DNA of 63,891 bases, counting the filler, from Collodictyon triciliatum (lineage: Eukaryota): assembly GCA_043381765.1 (NCBI GenBank). It is 5 parts of 5 records of this genome, joined end to end, with 100 filler letters (N's around TTAATTAATTAA, not from the genome) between each part and the next. Parts side by side here need not be neighbours in the genome. Positions count along the whole stretch, not along the records: positions 38,416 to 51,105 come from JBHJMP010002118.1; positions 51,206 to 63,891 come from JBHJMP010002120.1; 3 more parts are not named here. One strand, 5' to 3'. Below, piece after piece: positions 39,418-53,516 of the stretch. The translations under genes and the position numbers were made by a program. Under the pieces are notes generated by a model that was given only the letters and a program-made list of their open reading frames with translations, ran no database searches and was not told the DNA's origin. Position 1 is the stretch's first letter; each line of letters opens with the position of its first letter.

Positions 39418-42400
39418 ATGTTGCAAACCCGGATTATGAGAGAAAACGATGCAAACAAAGGCGCAGTTGCCACTGAATCCGAGTGCATCATCGAAGACAC
39501 AGCCCACGCAAAGCGCTACTTCAAAGGACGAAAACTTGGGAAGGTATGATGTCTCCGCGATGTGTTCAACATGCAGTACCGTATTGTGTGCTGGTTTTTT
39601 TTTATTTTCCACTGCCCGCAGCTGTTTGGCCGTCGGCCTGGGAAATGAATCTCATCGGTGATTTCTCATAGGGTGGCTTTGCTACCTGCTATGAGATGCG
39701 TGAGGAAGCGACGGGGAAGATCTACGCAGGAAAGTTTGTTCAAAAGTCGACACTCGTGAAGCCGAAGGCCAAGCAGAAGGTCTGTTACCTACCACGATAC
39801 TTGAATACACTTATTGCAATTGTTTTGCTCCGTGTTTGTTTTGGTTGCGACTTGCTTTCTCTTTTTTTATTTACTCCTTACCCCCGTTGTTCGAAGGCGG
39901 TTTCGTAGAATTACGTTCTATCACATCGACACGCCTTGTCAATACGATTGTTGCACCAATATGCATGCCTACAATATTCTATTGGCTGAAAATCTTGTTC
40001 ACTTATTTAGTTGACAAACGAAATCAAAATCCACCGCTCCGTCAACCATCAGAACATCGTCCGTTTCCATCAGTGCTTTGAGGACCGCGAATATGTGTAC
40101 ATCATACTCGAGCTCTGCGATAACAAGGTTCATCATGGAATCATATATTACCATCCTTAACCCATGCTGTTTGCAAGCAACATTTCATCCTAGAATCAGC
40201 TTTTGTTGCTTTATTTATGAATGATGTTACGTTGTCTTGTCATTCGTGGTTTATCATCTCATCCTTCTTGCGTTGTAATACCACTTGGACGAAGGAAATC
40301 TGATTGGGGTATTTTATACGTCGTCGCAGAGTTTCATGGAACTACTTCACAAGCGCAAGCGTCTAACAGAGCCTGAAACGCAGTACTACATGCAACAACT
40401 GGTCCATGCTGTAGGCTATCTCCACAAGAGCAACATCATCCACCGTGATTTGAAGCTCGGGAACTTGTTCATCAACGACAAGATGGAAATGAAAATGGGA
40501 GACTTTGGACTTGCGACGACTCTCGCGTACCCTGGAGAGAGAAAGCAGTAAGGAAGCCGCATTTTTTGAAGGACTTGCAAACTCTAGTTGTATCAGTTGT
40601 GACTCTCATAAAGTCTCTTTCTATTATCTACTGTATCTCCTCGTATCCATGCATGTTTTTATAAGGTTCCTTATTTGCAGCACCATTTGCGGTACCCCTA
40701 ATTACATTGCGCCAGAGATGATTGATGGCAAAGGAGAGCACGGGGCTGAGGTCGATGTATGGTCTATGGGTGTTATAATGTTCACATTGTTGTGTGGGAA
40801 GCCCCCGTTTGAGACGACTGATGTCAAGACAACGTACAAACGAATCCGTGGGTTGACATACGCCTTTCCCGAGAACGTGTATATATCCGACCATGCCAAG
40901 GGACTCATTCGCTCTATGCTTTCTCTGACACCATGTAAGCGACCCACCCATCCTAAACTATTCCTCCTCATGACGTAAAACCCAAAAAAAATAATAATGA
41001 ATCAAGTGTATGAACATACACTGTTTCATCGTTGACTAGTGTGTGAATTCTGATAAAACATGGATTTGTCTTTTGCATCAGGTTCACGTCCGTCATTGAA
41101 AGACATCGCCGCACACGCTTTCTTCAAGACTGGGACGATTCCCCGCAGCATCCCTATCTCCGCCCTCACTACAGCACCCACATTCAACAGTGCAACCACT
41201 CTGGGTCCCGCACTCAAAACTTCCATCCCAACAGTGTTACCTCATACATGGACGCACGTCCCGTTTCATGGGTTCAATGCGGACAATGAGACGGACAAGG
41301 AAAACGCTAGAGGGAATCTTGGGATAGGAACTGCCAGAGGCGTGATTGAGAGCCATGGACTATACGGGCATGGCCGCACCCCGACAGACGAAGTGGAGTG
41401 CCTCAAGATGGCAGACATGGATATCCGTGAGTCAGTTCGTGGACGAGGAGAAGCGGCTTGCAACCCCGCCGCCCCTGTAATGGCTCATGTCCACCATGCA
41501 GGTCAAGTCCCCCAACCTAATACAATAGTGTCTGCCCCGCGAGCCTTTCTGCAGAGTTCACAGCCGAACAACCCCGATGAAGATGAACGGAGCTGCCGCC
41601 AGTCATCGCTCTTGCAACCGCAGCAAGCAGGTCTTCGCAGCTCAGGCTCATATGTTGCCCAAACCCCTCAAACGATTGGGCCCATCCCTCCTTGCAACCA
41701 AGGCACCTCTATCGCTCTTGCAACAGCCCAAGCAACCTCTTCAAACTCCGGTCAGTCTTCCAACTCATGCAACGGAAGTAAAGGCTCGAGCTCAGCCACG
41801 GGGTCAGAGAATAACTTGAAGGAAGCGAATCTGCGAGCTGAGTCCAGGACCAGGTCCAAGACCTGCAGTGGTGAGTAACGCATATTATTACTCTATCTTA
41901 TCTTGACATATACTTGAATCTGAAACATCGCTAAAATGAAGAGGAATACATTTCTTTGCTCGAGGATTTATTCATTCTATTGGAACATTAAGGATACCTT
42001 TGTTTACATCTTGCTTACGTATTACACCGCCGCCGTAGTTCTCGGGGCCATCAATACGGTTCAGTTGGGCAACGGTGCTGCCCATATCGCCAACCAAGCG
42101 CCAGCAACTACGCGTTTGGTTGGTTCCAACGGCAAGGATGTTTTTGACGGCGCTGTGGATGCCAATGCTGATGGTGAGCTGGTGGAAGACGGACAGGAAT
42201 TGGATGATGACGACAGATGCAACTTGACATACATGCACCAGAAGCTTGCTGCGGGCATCGAACAGATAGGGTCGCCTGAGAGGGCAAAGTTGTTCAGGCT
42301 CCGAGAGAGGGAGGAACGGGGTTTGTACCTATCAGAGTCTTCCAACGAAGGTGTTCAACACAGACACAGTCACAGACACACTAACATAAGAAAGAAAAAG

Positions 42401-43584
42401 TAGCAACACCACTCCATTCATATAAGTACTAGGCGCTAATCAACACACACTCTTTCATTTTTATCATCCACCCAGATAAACTGAAAGCCACTCTCTGGCT
42501 GACCAAATGGGTTGACTACTCAAACAAGTATGGACTCGGCTACCAGCTTAGTGACGGAATCTATGGTGTCTTTTTCAATGATACGACAAAGATTGTGCTC
42601 CACAGTGACGATGAGTATGTTTATTATCTCCCCTAATACTATCCGACTGAAGTCATGTATTGGACAATTCGATGACTCATGACTTTATTGCGTCATATAC
42701 GAAGAAACATTATAGGAGTTTCATGACACAATCTGAACACGCTCACCCATCCTTTAGGCACTTTGATTACATTCCGTTCCACGCCTCACAAGTACCAGAC
42801 ACCAGGGAAACCTACACCCTCTTGTCTCATCCCCAGTCCCTGCAAAAGAAAGTTACTCTGCTCAAGTACTTTAAGAACTACCTTGTCGAACACTCGGCCA
42901 CACAGGTTCCTAGAGCAACCTCGAGGTCTGGCGAAGTACACGATGCAGAGTCTGGAGCTCCTGTGTATGTCAAAAAGTGGATGCGGACCAAGCATGCCAT
43001 TATCTTCCGCCTCAGTAATCGGAATGTCCAGGTGAGCCGTGGGACTAATTCCTACAATACCGCTCTTCGCTCTATGTGCGGCTTTTTGAGTGCATTGTAT
43101 CACATCAAATCGCTGAAAATCAGAGCAACGCTTCTCACCGCTCGCTGGCTTTGTTCTCCTTTGTAACGCGCAATCCGTCCCACAGGTGAACTTTTTCGAC
43201 CACACCAAAGTCATTCTTTCGTCCGAGGGGCAGATTGTCACATACATCAATAAGAAACGAGAGATGAGCACGTACAGCATATCGTCTGTCTCTCGCGAAC
43301 AAACGCCCGACCTTGTCAGCCGGCTGAAGTATACGAAGGTATTACCCAATCCATTACCAACACAAAAGCAAAAAAACAAAAAACAAAAAACAAAAACAAA
43401 AACAGAAACAAAAGCAAAAACAAAAACAAAAAGATGCAATTCTCACGTCCGGACTGTGTCCTTGGCGTCTGGCAGCAGCTGTGCGCGCAACAATTAACAT
43501 TGCACACACGCTGAGACAGTAGAAACAACGTTCCTAAGGCCAATAACAATATAGGATGTGCTGTACCGTCTCATTCACAAGTAG
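39418..43584 (+). CDS. PLK1: Polo-like serine/threonine kinase
   Basis: Kinase motifs LGK|GGFATCY, IHRDLKLGNLF, MGDFGLA, TICGTPNYIAPE. Polo boxes WLTKWVDYSNKYGLGYQLS and KKWMRTKHAIIFRLSNRNVQ|VNFFDHTK. Stop TAG at 43582-43584. The start is tentative. Confidence 0.96.
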
Positions 43585-44334
43585 CTATCGAAACTGTCCT
43601 CGATCACTTCGGTTACTTCACAGCCAAGTTGCCCACACTTATGGAAGCACTCCTTGTGAGCAGTATCTTCTCCGACGCCCGCTGTCCTATTCTTCTGGGC
43701 CCAGTGTTCTGCGGTGTGTGTTCATTGTGCCCAGATTCATCCAAACCTCTGCCCTCAAACGCGCTCTCTACCTTCGGTATCAGCGGTGGTGCCGTCCCTT
43801 TTCCCTTCTTTTCCCTTTTTTTTTTCTTTTTCGTATCGCAAGCCTCGTGTACATGAATGTGAATAAACGTGATCACACCGACAGAGAGACAGACTTGAGA
43901 GGATCAATAAAAAACAAAACAAACGCAATTAATAGGAAATAGCCTCTTTTGCTGAGAAATAAGACACAGAGAGACATAGGAGACACCCTCCAGAAAATAA
44001 TATCATTGCACTGGCGTTCTTTCCTTCAGCTCTCAACCCACCACATCCCGAAGCCGAAAAAAAAAAAAAACACGCAAGCGATCAGAAAGAGCGATCCTGA
44101 GAAGGACGAGATCGGCGCCACAGCCCTGCGCCAATGAGTGCCTACTGACCGAACGCAAACTGAGAAGGCCGACGAAGCCAACCCAGAGAGCGAAAAGGTC
44201 ACTCGACCGTATCCTTTGCAACACAGGCTATGCACAGAGACACACCGACGACCAAGACGCCAGCTGCCACCGACCTGTGAGTCCAACAACCTACTAATAG
44301 GACAGATCAAGCTCTTTCAAACAAAAAACAGAAA

Positions 44335-44490
<156 letters not shown>

Positions 44491-45319
44491 AGGTGAACAA
44501 ATAACGAGCTATCGAGCTCTAGCCGTCAACCCATGGATAGCAAGATAAATATGAATATAGTGCTCAGTGTTGGTAGCTCTGATTCATTCATCTATTTCTT
44601 TTCTCTTTTTTCTTCTTTTTCTTCTTCCTTTTCCTTTTTTATCTTTCTCTTCGGTTTCATTCAGCCTGTTAATGGATAAACTTCATTACAAATGTTGTGA
44701 CGAACTTGGTTTTATCCCTTTCAAGACACAACACTTTTAATACAACGAAAGTGTACCCATATATAACAGTTTATTGCACAGACAATCATCGAATTAAATC
44801 TGTATTGACAAAAGCAGGAGCTTTGATGTATCCAAGAAACAATCTGAACAATATAGCAGTATGGTTAGTATATATATAATAAGGTTAAAATACTTAATAA
44901 TCTCATTCTATTCATGTAATCAATTTATATTTATTTTCCATTTATGTAATATTATCGCATTAAAATTCAAAAAATGACAAACAAGCCCTTGTCTTGGCCC
45001 AGACAGAACCCACCCAATAAACCTGCCACCGAACATGCATTCCAAAAAAGCATACTATCCACACTTGCGGTGGTAATCATGTTGTTTGGGCCGATATGTT
45101 GACTTTCAATTGCAATGGCTATACGGCTGTCCCTTCGAACTCGCCGAATCGGCTCTCAGGGTTTTGTCTCAAATCATTTTTAAAAAAACTGTGTGTTTGT
45201 TTGCCACAATGCGCACATTTTGAGAGTCTCGGTAGATGCTTCATTTTACCTAAATTGATTTTTACAGTTTTTTTTTTAATTAAATTGACTGTTTGACTGA
45301 AGTTTTATTGAAATTGAAA

Positions 45320-47300
45320 AAACGGTAGTTTTCTAAAGGAAAAAGCAAACCAAAGACTTTCAGATGAAGAAAAGAAAAGTCTTGAGTCTGAGAATCTAAA
45401 GTCGGTAAAATCAGGCTATCAAAATGTGAAAACATCTCTAAAGCCGGATGTAAAGAATGCGGATGACTATTACAAAATCAACGGTACGGTTTTATTGTAT
45501 CATAACTTGGTTACCGACACTTATCTGTTTGTAAGATGTTACATATTGAAATCAAAACAAGTCTCAACAATCGATGAAATGTTTTTTTGTACGCTTTAAA
45601 GACAGTCGGAGTAGTTTCACAAGATAGACCCACAAGATTAAAACAACAGAAATGAGAGATGGCATGATGGCTTTTTATCTCAATGATTTTCGATTCATTT
45701 TGTCCCGATAAGAACGCTTTCCGTTGGTTAGACTGTCTCATGTATTACCGTACTTAGCGAGGCAAATGCTAACAGCTTATCATAATTACATTAACGAGCA
45801 TTATGTAAAAGGTTACCGCGCTTTATAAGTCAAACAGCTCCTAAAGATGAGAATATTATGATAGCTGTTTAAAAGGCAGAGCTACGAAAGTTAAAAAAAA
45901 AAAAGACATCTTCGTGAAACTCGAAATACTGGAGCAATATAAAGGATGGGCTACACCGCATTTGAATCGTATCATTCCCAGCGATATTGTAAAAACTATC
46001 GAATATGACGTCAAAGTCAATCCAAACAAGTACATTCCATGTCTGATTTACATGAATCGCATTTTTTGAGGACATTGGAACAATCCTGCTTCAACCAATC
46101 CCTATAAGAACTAACAATATACCCTGTCATATTACTCTAGTAGCTGCATGTTTGATATATCTATTAGTATCAAATGGAAAAACATGATTAAAGAAGAATA
46201 TATCAGGATGCAAAGAGACACTATGGGGTTGACTTCTTTGAAATGAAGAGTGTCTTTCATCAAAGAGACTACAATTTTAAATACATGATGCAAACAGACG
46301 GCTTGGCGGTGACATTATTGTTTAAAAAGAAAGCTATTTCAAGTTCGAAATTCAAAATGTAATAAAAAAACCTAAGAATGTTTATATATATAGATGAACT
46401 TTCCGAAGAGCAGTTATCTTTATTAGCGAAAAAAAATTAGTTGGAGTGGACGCAGGCAAGTTTAATTTTGTTTACATGGTGGATGAGACAGGTAAGAAAT
46501 TACATTACACGGCACACCAAAGAAGACATGCTAGCAAATCTCTTAAAAATCACAAAATACTCTTGTGGGAGAAAAAAGAAAAGTACAATTATTCAGGGAT
46601 ATACATGGCAATAGGTTTACAAATTGCTGTTTCTTTTGGTCACATGACTTAAGAAGAGAATCAGCAGTTTGAGACATCAAGAGTATCTTAAATCGATTTA
46701 GAGATAGAACTGAGTAGACATAATTCATGCACGGTCGATTATGAACAATTTCGAAAATATGTACCTATGAAACCAAGAGACCAGATAGAATTATCCACAT
46801 TTTATGAACATGTAACTTTTCGAAAGATGAGATGGATACATTATGTTAATACAAAAAGAACCGAACAATGGTTTATGGACCGAATCGAAAAGGCATTTGG
46901 CAAGGATGCTGTACTGGTGTATTGAAACTGGAGCAGAAAATCTCAGATGAAACATTCTAAGCCAACCATCGGAAGAGGATTACGAAAAATACTATCCAAA
47001 CGTTTTGAAACAGTTATTGTAGATGAATTAAAAACCTCCAAGATGTGTTGCAACTGCGAAAAAGAACTGGAATACGTGAAACCGAAAGGAAGTAAAAAAA
47101 AGTGTATAGATGTCTCATGTGTAAAGAATGCAATCGCTCAGAAAGCAAACAAAGTGTATTCTTGACAAATGACTCTAACGTCGCTAAAAATATACTCAAG
47201 AAAGTTCTTTCAATTCTTCAAAAAAAAATTATACACCTTCCTCTAAAAAACAGGCTGTCGGGTCTTTCTTGGCAACCTTCACCACTACGTGACCCTTGTG
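45320..47300 (+). mobile_element. Fanzor1-type (eukaryotic TnpB-like RuvC nuclease) ORF, pseudogenised, intronless
   Basis: Motifs appear in order across frameshifts and stops: YQNVKTSLK; NLVTDTYLFVRCYIL; VLPYLARQMLTAYHNYINEHY; DVKVNPNKYIPCLIYMN; NFKYMMQTDGLAVTLLF; RuvC-I GVDAG (Asp codon 46449); FYEHVTFRKMRWIHYVNTKRTE; VY*NWS (TGA 46923); PTIGRGLR; RuvC-II VDELKTSKMCCNC (Glu codon 47025); RCLMCKEC; RuvC-III TNDSNVAKNI (Asp codon 47171). Confidence 0.88.
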
Positions 47301-47400
47301 AAAAAAGTGGCGAGACGTTGGATACTAGCGCACCAAGTTTGCCAGTCGAAAGATGGTATTCTCCTAAGCGAAACAGAAATCTAAGCTCGCGCTAGACCAA
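47230..47400 (+). ncRNA. Candidate Fanzor omega-RNA scaffold / element right end
   Basis: GC-richer segment overlapping and following the ORF 3' end. Closing stem CTAGCGC(47325-47331)/GCGCTAG(47389-47395), internal GAAA-tetraloop hairpin 47340-47358, and CCACT/AGTGG stem at 47282-47310. The position is where TnpB/Fanzor guide RNAs are encoded. Confidence 0.45.
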
Positions 47401-48436
47401 GCGCAATCTATGTGCCCTTGCGATGCCTACGCCCAGCACCCTCGCGAAGGAAAGAATCCAGAAAAGGTAACTCTGAATTAGGAAAACATTTTCCACCGAT
47501 AGAATTGCTTCAGAAAATTCAACCAATCAAACTGCGACACCAGGATTTCGAAAAACGTGCCCAAAACGCGTTGCAATAATATTTTTTTTTGAATTGACAA
47601 ACACCAAAAACCAAAATTTGACTATCCAAGAAGAAAACCCAAAGCAAAAGTCCAAAAGCGAAATAAGCCATTGGCGAATCCATAAATTTTTTTTTTCCTT
47701 TCCTTTTTTCCTTTGTTTCGCTTCTGTTCGGCGCCAGTTCTCAAGCATAATCAAAATCAAAAATAAAAATAAAAATAAAAAAACACAAACACATAATTGC
47801 AATTGGGCTCGCTTTCCATTCGCCCGTTTCCACATTTTGTTCTTGGCGTTCAACATCCGCAAAGCCATAACCGAAAAGAACCGAAAGAAGACTTTGTTGC
47901 ATTGCAGGGCCATGGGCTCATTCCGCACTGGCCGGCACAGGCATGGCGAATAGTGCTGCTGTGATGGATGCACGAAGCAGCTCAGGCCGTCTTTTCCCCT
48001 TTCGTTCCCCTTTTGTACACACCTTTTTTTTTTTTATAATTTCATTTTTGGTTCGTGCATCTTCTTCATCTTTTGGGTGCACTAATCCGAAGCGCTATCC
48101 ATCATTCCTCGCTGGCCGCCTCAACGCCCAATATCGGCTGGCGGTGCTGGGATGAAGGGACGAAACAAAACAGGGAGCCCCAAGAAAGCAGGCGAAGGAA
48201 ACTATCCTCGTGGTCGCTTCTCTTGCTTGGCCTGCTGCCCTTCTAGTTCTTTTGTTCTCTCCTTTACCTCATTATTATTTATTATTATTCTGCTTCATAT
48301 ATTTATTATAAACTTAACATACTCCTTTATAGGGCCAGACGCCCACCCAGAAAGCAGCAAAGGCGAACACAAACAATCAAGAAAAAAAAAAGTAAACAAA
48401 AGAAAAGGGAAGTAAGCAAGTAAGGAAGTAGCTCTG

Positions 48437-50205
48437 ATGAGCGAATTCAAGGTCGAAGCCAGTACGGACAACGCTAGCAACACAGCCACGAGATGCCTCT
48501 CAAAAGTATCTTCCAACTCAACTCGGTAAGGTGTTACTAACCTGCTCTATACAAATAATAACAAAATAAAAACAAATAATAACAAAATAAAAGCAAACAA
48601 AAACAAACAAAAACAAACAAAAACAAACAAAAACAAACAAAAACAAACAAAAACAAACAAAAACAATAAAAGAAAGCAAAGACAGTTTCTCGTTTATACA
48701 GACATGTGCCGAAATAGCTAAAAAAGCGAACGCTCAAACAAACAACTGCAGTCTGGGCTTGCGCTTCATCCTGGAAAAGACGCATTGCTCAGCGCCTAAA
48801 GCACAGCCGCCTGCTTCGTTCCCACACCCTTTCTCGATTTGGTGCACAGAGGCTGTCAATCTCAAAGCCATCGTCATAGACCCACTCAACGCACCCACAC
48901 GCTTTGACTTTGTCCGTATCGCCCTTTTCGATGTCGACTACAACCCCATTGTCCATGGACTCAAATCGTTCAACAAGGAGCTCACGGTATGATACCATTT
49001 ACCACCAAATATTTGCATACTTTCTGCATAAGCACATGCAATAGTTGAAGGGACAAATTCGTAGCCAACGTTCACGCCCGCAAAATCAAAAAGAGCATCT
49101 CCTCTCCATGTTCTCACAAAAAAAATTTTTTTTCTGGTCTCTGGTATACATGCGCATACCTGCAGACATATCTAGATTGCGAGTTCAAGAAGGACGCCTT
49201 TTACTCTCCGAAGTTCGGAGTAGGGAAAACAAGCAGCGAGATTTTTGGGTGTCTTCTAGGCGAGTTCCCAAGTCGCCAGGGCGGCCTTGTGCGACTGGGC
49301 TTTATGGTCGGCCTAGAAAACACCATATACATCCATTACCTTCCTGAATTCTGGAGCGTCAGTAAGCTTCCTTTACTTCGCGAGGAAAACCCCATGTGGC
49401 GCAACATCGCAGACCATCGCGGGTATGGCCTCAACACCCCGATACATCTTAAGTGCAAGAGCCGTCGGGTGATGAGGTGTGGGAGGCGTAGGACGCTTCC
49501 CAACAAGAGATTCTCTTCGACATTGCATCGAAGCGATCCTTCTTCGACTTCCAATACTGACAAAGCACTAGTTCTCACACCTGACAACGAATACAATTCT
49601 GACGACAAGGACGCTCAGGGACAGAATCGCTTCACATACGAGGCCGATTTTACTGGTTTGTGTCTTTTCTTCTTTTCTATCCTTTTCTTTGTAATCTCTA
49701 TCGTTTCCACTTTTTACATTCAAAAAAAGATATCTCATTTTGCCCCTTCACTAACTCTAACTCACTCTGTGCGTGAGATGAAGAGAAAAGTTATCCCAAT
49801 TCAAAAATGTCGTTCTGCGTGATACCACGATACAATACTGCATTCAATTAATAGAGAAAACAACATCATATTAACATACAAACACAACCAGAGTACTGCC
49901 AGGAACAGACCTTTCGTCTAAAGACAGAGTCATTCCTTCAACTCCCGTCTGTTTGGTACAACCTATTTGTCCAGCCCTCTGGCTCTGGCGCATCACAGAT
50001 CTCGCCAAAAAGGGCTGTTCAGGACCAGTCTAGTCCGACCTCCCTAACAACGAACCCTGAAGCGCCACAAGTTCAGCGGAGTCGTGTCAATCCAGCGCCC
50101 TCCCCAAAAGTAGGGCTGGAGCTCTTCAGTCGCCAGTTTGACCCTTTCTGGGACAAAATACATCGGGAGTCAGAGACACTCCATCGGTGTCTCCAGGAGA
50201 ACTAA
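48437..50205 (+). CDS. Uncharacterised 4-exon protein; shares a ~130-aa domain with the gene at 53517-54753
   Basis: Exons at about 48437-48525, 48751-48986, 49166-49655 and 49892-50205 splice in frame at GT-AG sites to a TAA stop. Confidence 0.75.
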
Positions 50206-51105
50206 GCCCTAGCGGTCCAGTAGAAAAAGCAACGATTGCCGCATTTAAGGGAGCCTAGGGCAAGTCCCTATGTTGGTGACCCCACAAACCCTTAATCCCT
50301 CCCCTCAACTCCTATTCCTCCTGTTATATGCACCAATTTCGCAAAACCACATCAAAACCCTGGGAGGCAGCAGAAAGGGAAAAAGAAGAAAAAGAAAAAC
50401 AAAACAAAGCAAAGCAGAAAAAAAGAGACCACATACCTACTCCCTGTTCGTCATACATTTGAAATGCCCTACTTTCTCTCATGAAACGCTCTGAAGAAAG
50501 AAGAAAAAACACCACACCAACCACTGGCTGTATCAATAAACGATGTTTGTGAAGCAAAAAAAACACCCAGCGCGGCAGTTCCTTCGTCTGTTTCGTGGTT
50601 GGCTGCCTTGAGTGGGTACCGTACCCTCTCCTGTGGTTCTCCATACCAAATAAGCGCGTGGCCAAACCTGGTTGTGTGCTGCAGGACGCGTTTCGGCCGA
50701 GTTTGTGCGGTGTCCACAGGCAGCGTTGGTGATTGGTTGGGTCTCATCACATGTGCGCAACCAATTCCAGAGTTTGGACAAACATCGCTCGCAGAAGGCT
50801 GGAATCAACATATGTAATTCTCTCTTTCAATGTGACTCACAAGTCCAGTGCCTGTTTTGTCTGCTCCGATCATGCACTACATCCACCACCGATATCTCGT
50901 CTGCATAAGGGGCAGCCAAGAGATTTCTAGTAGTCGTCACAAAAAGACTGCGCAAAAAAACAAAAAAACAAAAAAACAAAAAACAAACAAAAACAAACAA
51001 AAACATTTTTTTTTGGTTTCTTTTCAACAGTTTATTGAGAGAAAACAAAGCCGAGGAAACCGCCTTCGCCTCTAGGACAAGAAATGAGCTGTGGACAAGA
51101 CAGTG

Positions 51106-51205
51106 NNNNNNNNNNNNNNNNNNNNNNNNNNNNNNNNNNNNNNNNNNNNTTAATTAATTAANNNNNNNNNNNNNNNNNNNNNNNNNNNNNNNNNNNNNNN
51201 NNNNN
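51106..51205. other. Artificial scaffold-joining spacer
   Basis: N44-TTAATTAATTAA-N44. Confidence 0.97.
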
Positions 51206-51365
51206 TTTGTTTGTTTGTTTGTTTGTTTGTTTGTTTGTTTGTTTGTTTGTTTGTTTGTTTGTTTGTTTGTTTGTTTGTTTGTTTTTGGTGACTTTATGGC
51301 TATCTTGAGAAATTGACCAGTTTTGATAAACTTGGAGTATGAGCATATAATTGTATACTTCTTAC

Positions 51366-52585
<1,220 letters not shown>

Positions 52586-53516
52586 CGCCAGGCTGCTATG
52601 ATAAATCGCAACGACGGTTATGAGTAGAAGCCAAGGCGGGTTGGTTTGATCACAACTTGCGGCGCAGAATCCACAGATCACACAAATCACAAATCACAAA
52701 TCACAATTCACACACACAGACACACGCACCGATGTTTGCTTCACCGCCTTATTCGATCGAAAGTGTTCTAGGCTCGCAGCAGGAGACACATATCAGTGTT
52801 GGGTCCTCGTCGACTTGACGACATGTGCGTGGCTTACACAGCAACAAAAGTGCAGCCCCAAGAAAAGAAAATAGCTCCTTCTAATTGAAAATTTTCATTT
52901 GGCCCAGGTTAAGCTCCAACGATTTTCTATTTTCCACATTTGATGCGGATTTGTTCTCTTGTGACAGCTTCTTGTTTGTGGTGCGTCGCGCGCTGGGGTT
53001 GTCGTGGTGTTAGTGCCTTCGAGGTTTGATAGGGAAGATGATGAAGTTCTTTTTTATTCTGATTTGTGATGAAAGAGAAAGAGCGAGCTGGGGATTGGAA
53101 GTTTCATTGTGAAGTCAGAGCACCGATGGGAGCTGGGCAAGTGTAGCATGCGTCTTCTCAACCCCCTCAACCAGGTAAAAAGAGAGGTCACTGCCGCGGG
53201 ATTTCGTGATGAGGACACAAAAAACCGGCAGCAGTGACCTCTCTTTCTACATGACAGAGAGAATTGAGAAGAAAAGAAAGAAATTTCGGAGGGCGACATG
53301 GTTCTTTGATACAGTGTATCGCGCGTCTTTGTCAGGTTTTGCAGTAAACCAAAGGACCATGTTACTATCCTACATTTTTTTTTCTGTGCAGCTACACTAG
53401 TCCAGCTCCAGTGTAAGGCCGAGAGTTGTAGCTTCTGGACTTCAGACTCGAGCTCTCCTCTCTAGAGGGCTGGATAGTACCACCAGCAGTGGGCAAGGCA
53501 GAATTCTGGTATGCCA

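Noticed and set aside
44075-44320. GC-rich island after PLK with short ORFs on both strands
   Set aside because: No motif, splice model or convincing structure, so it was left uncalled.
45320-47300. Alternative genetic code or programmed frameshifting to explain in-frame stops
   Set aside because: All three stop types plus multiple indels occur, while host genes end normally in TAA, TAG or TGA. Decay is the simpler explanation.
47340-47396. Helitron 3' end (hairpin plus CTAG) as the Fanzor carrier
   Set aside because: The base after CTAG is A rather than the T expected for an A|T target, the hairpin spacing is atypical, and no 5' TC end could be assigned. No convincing TIR pair was found either.
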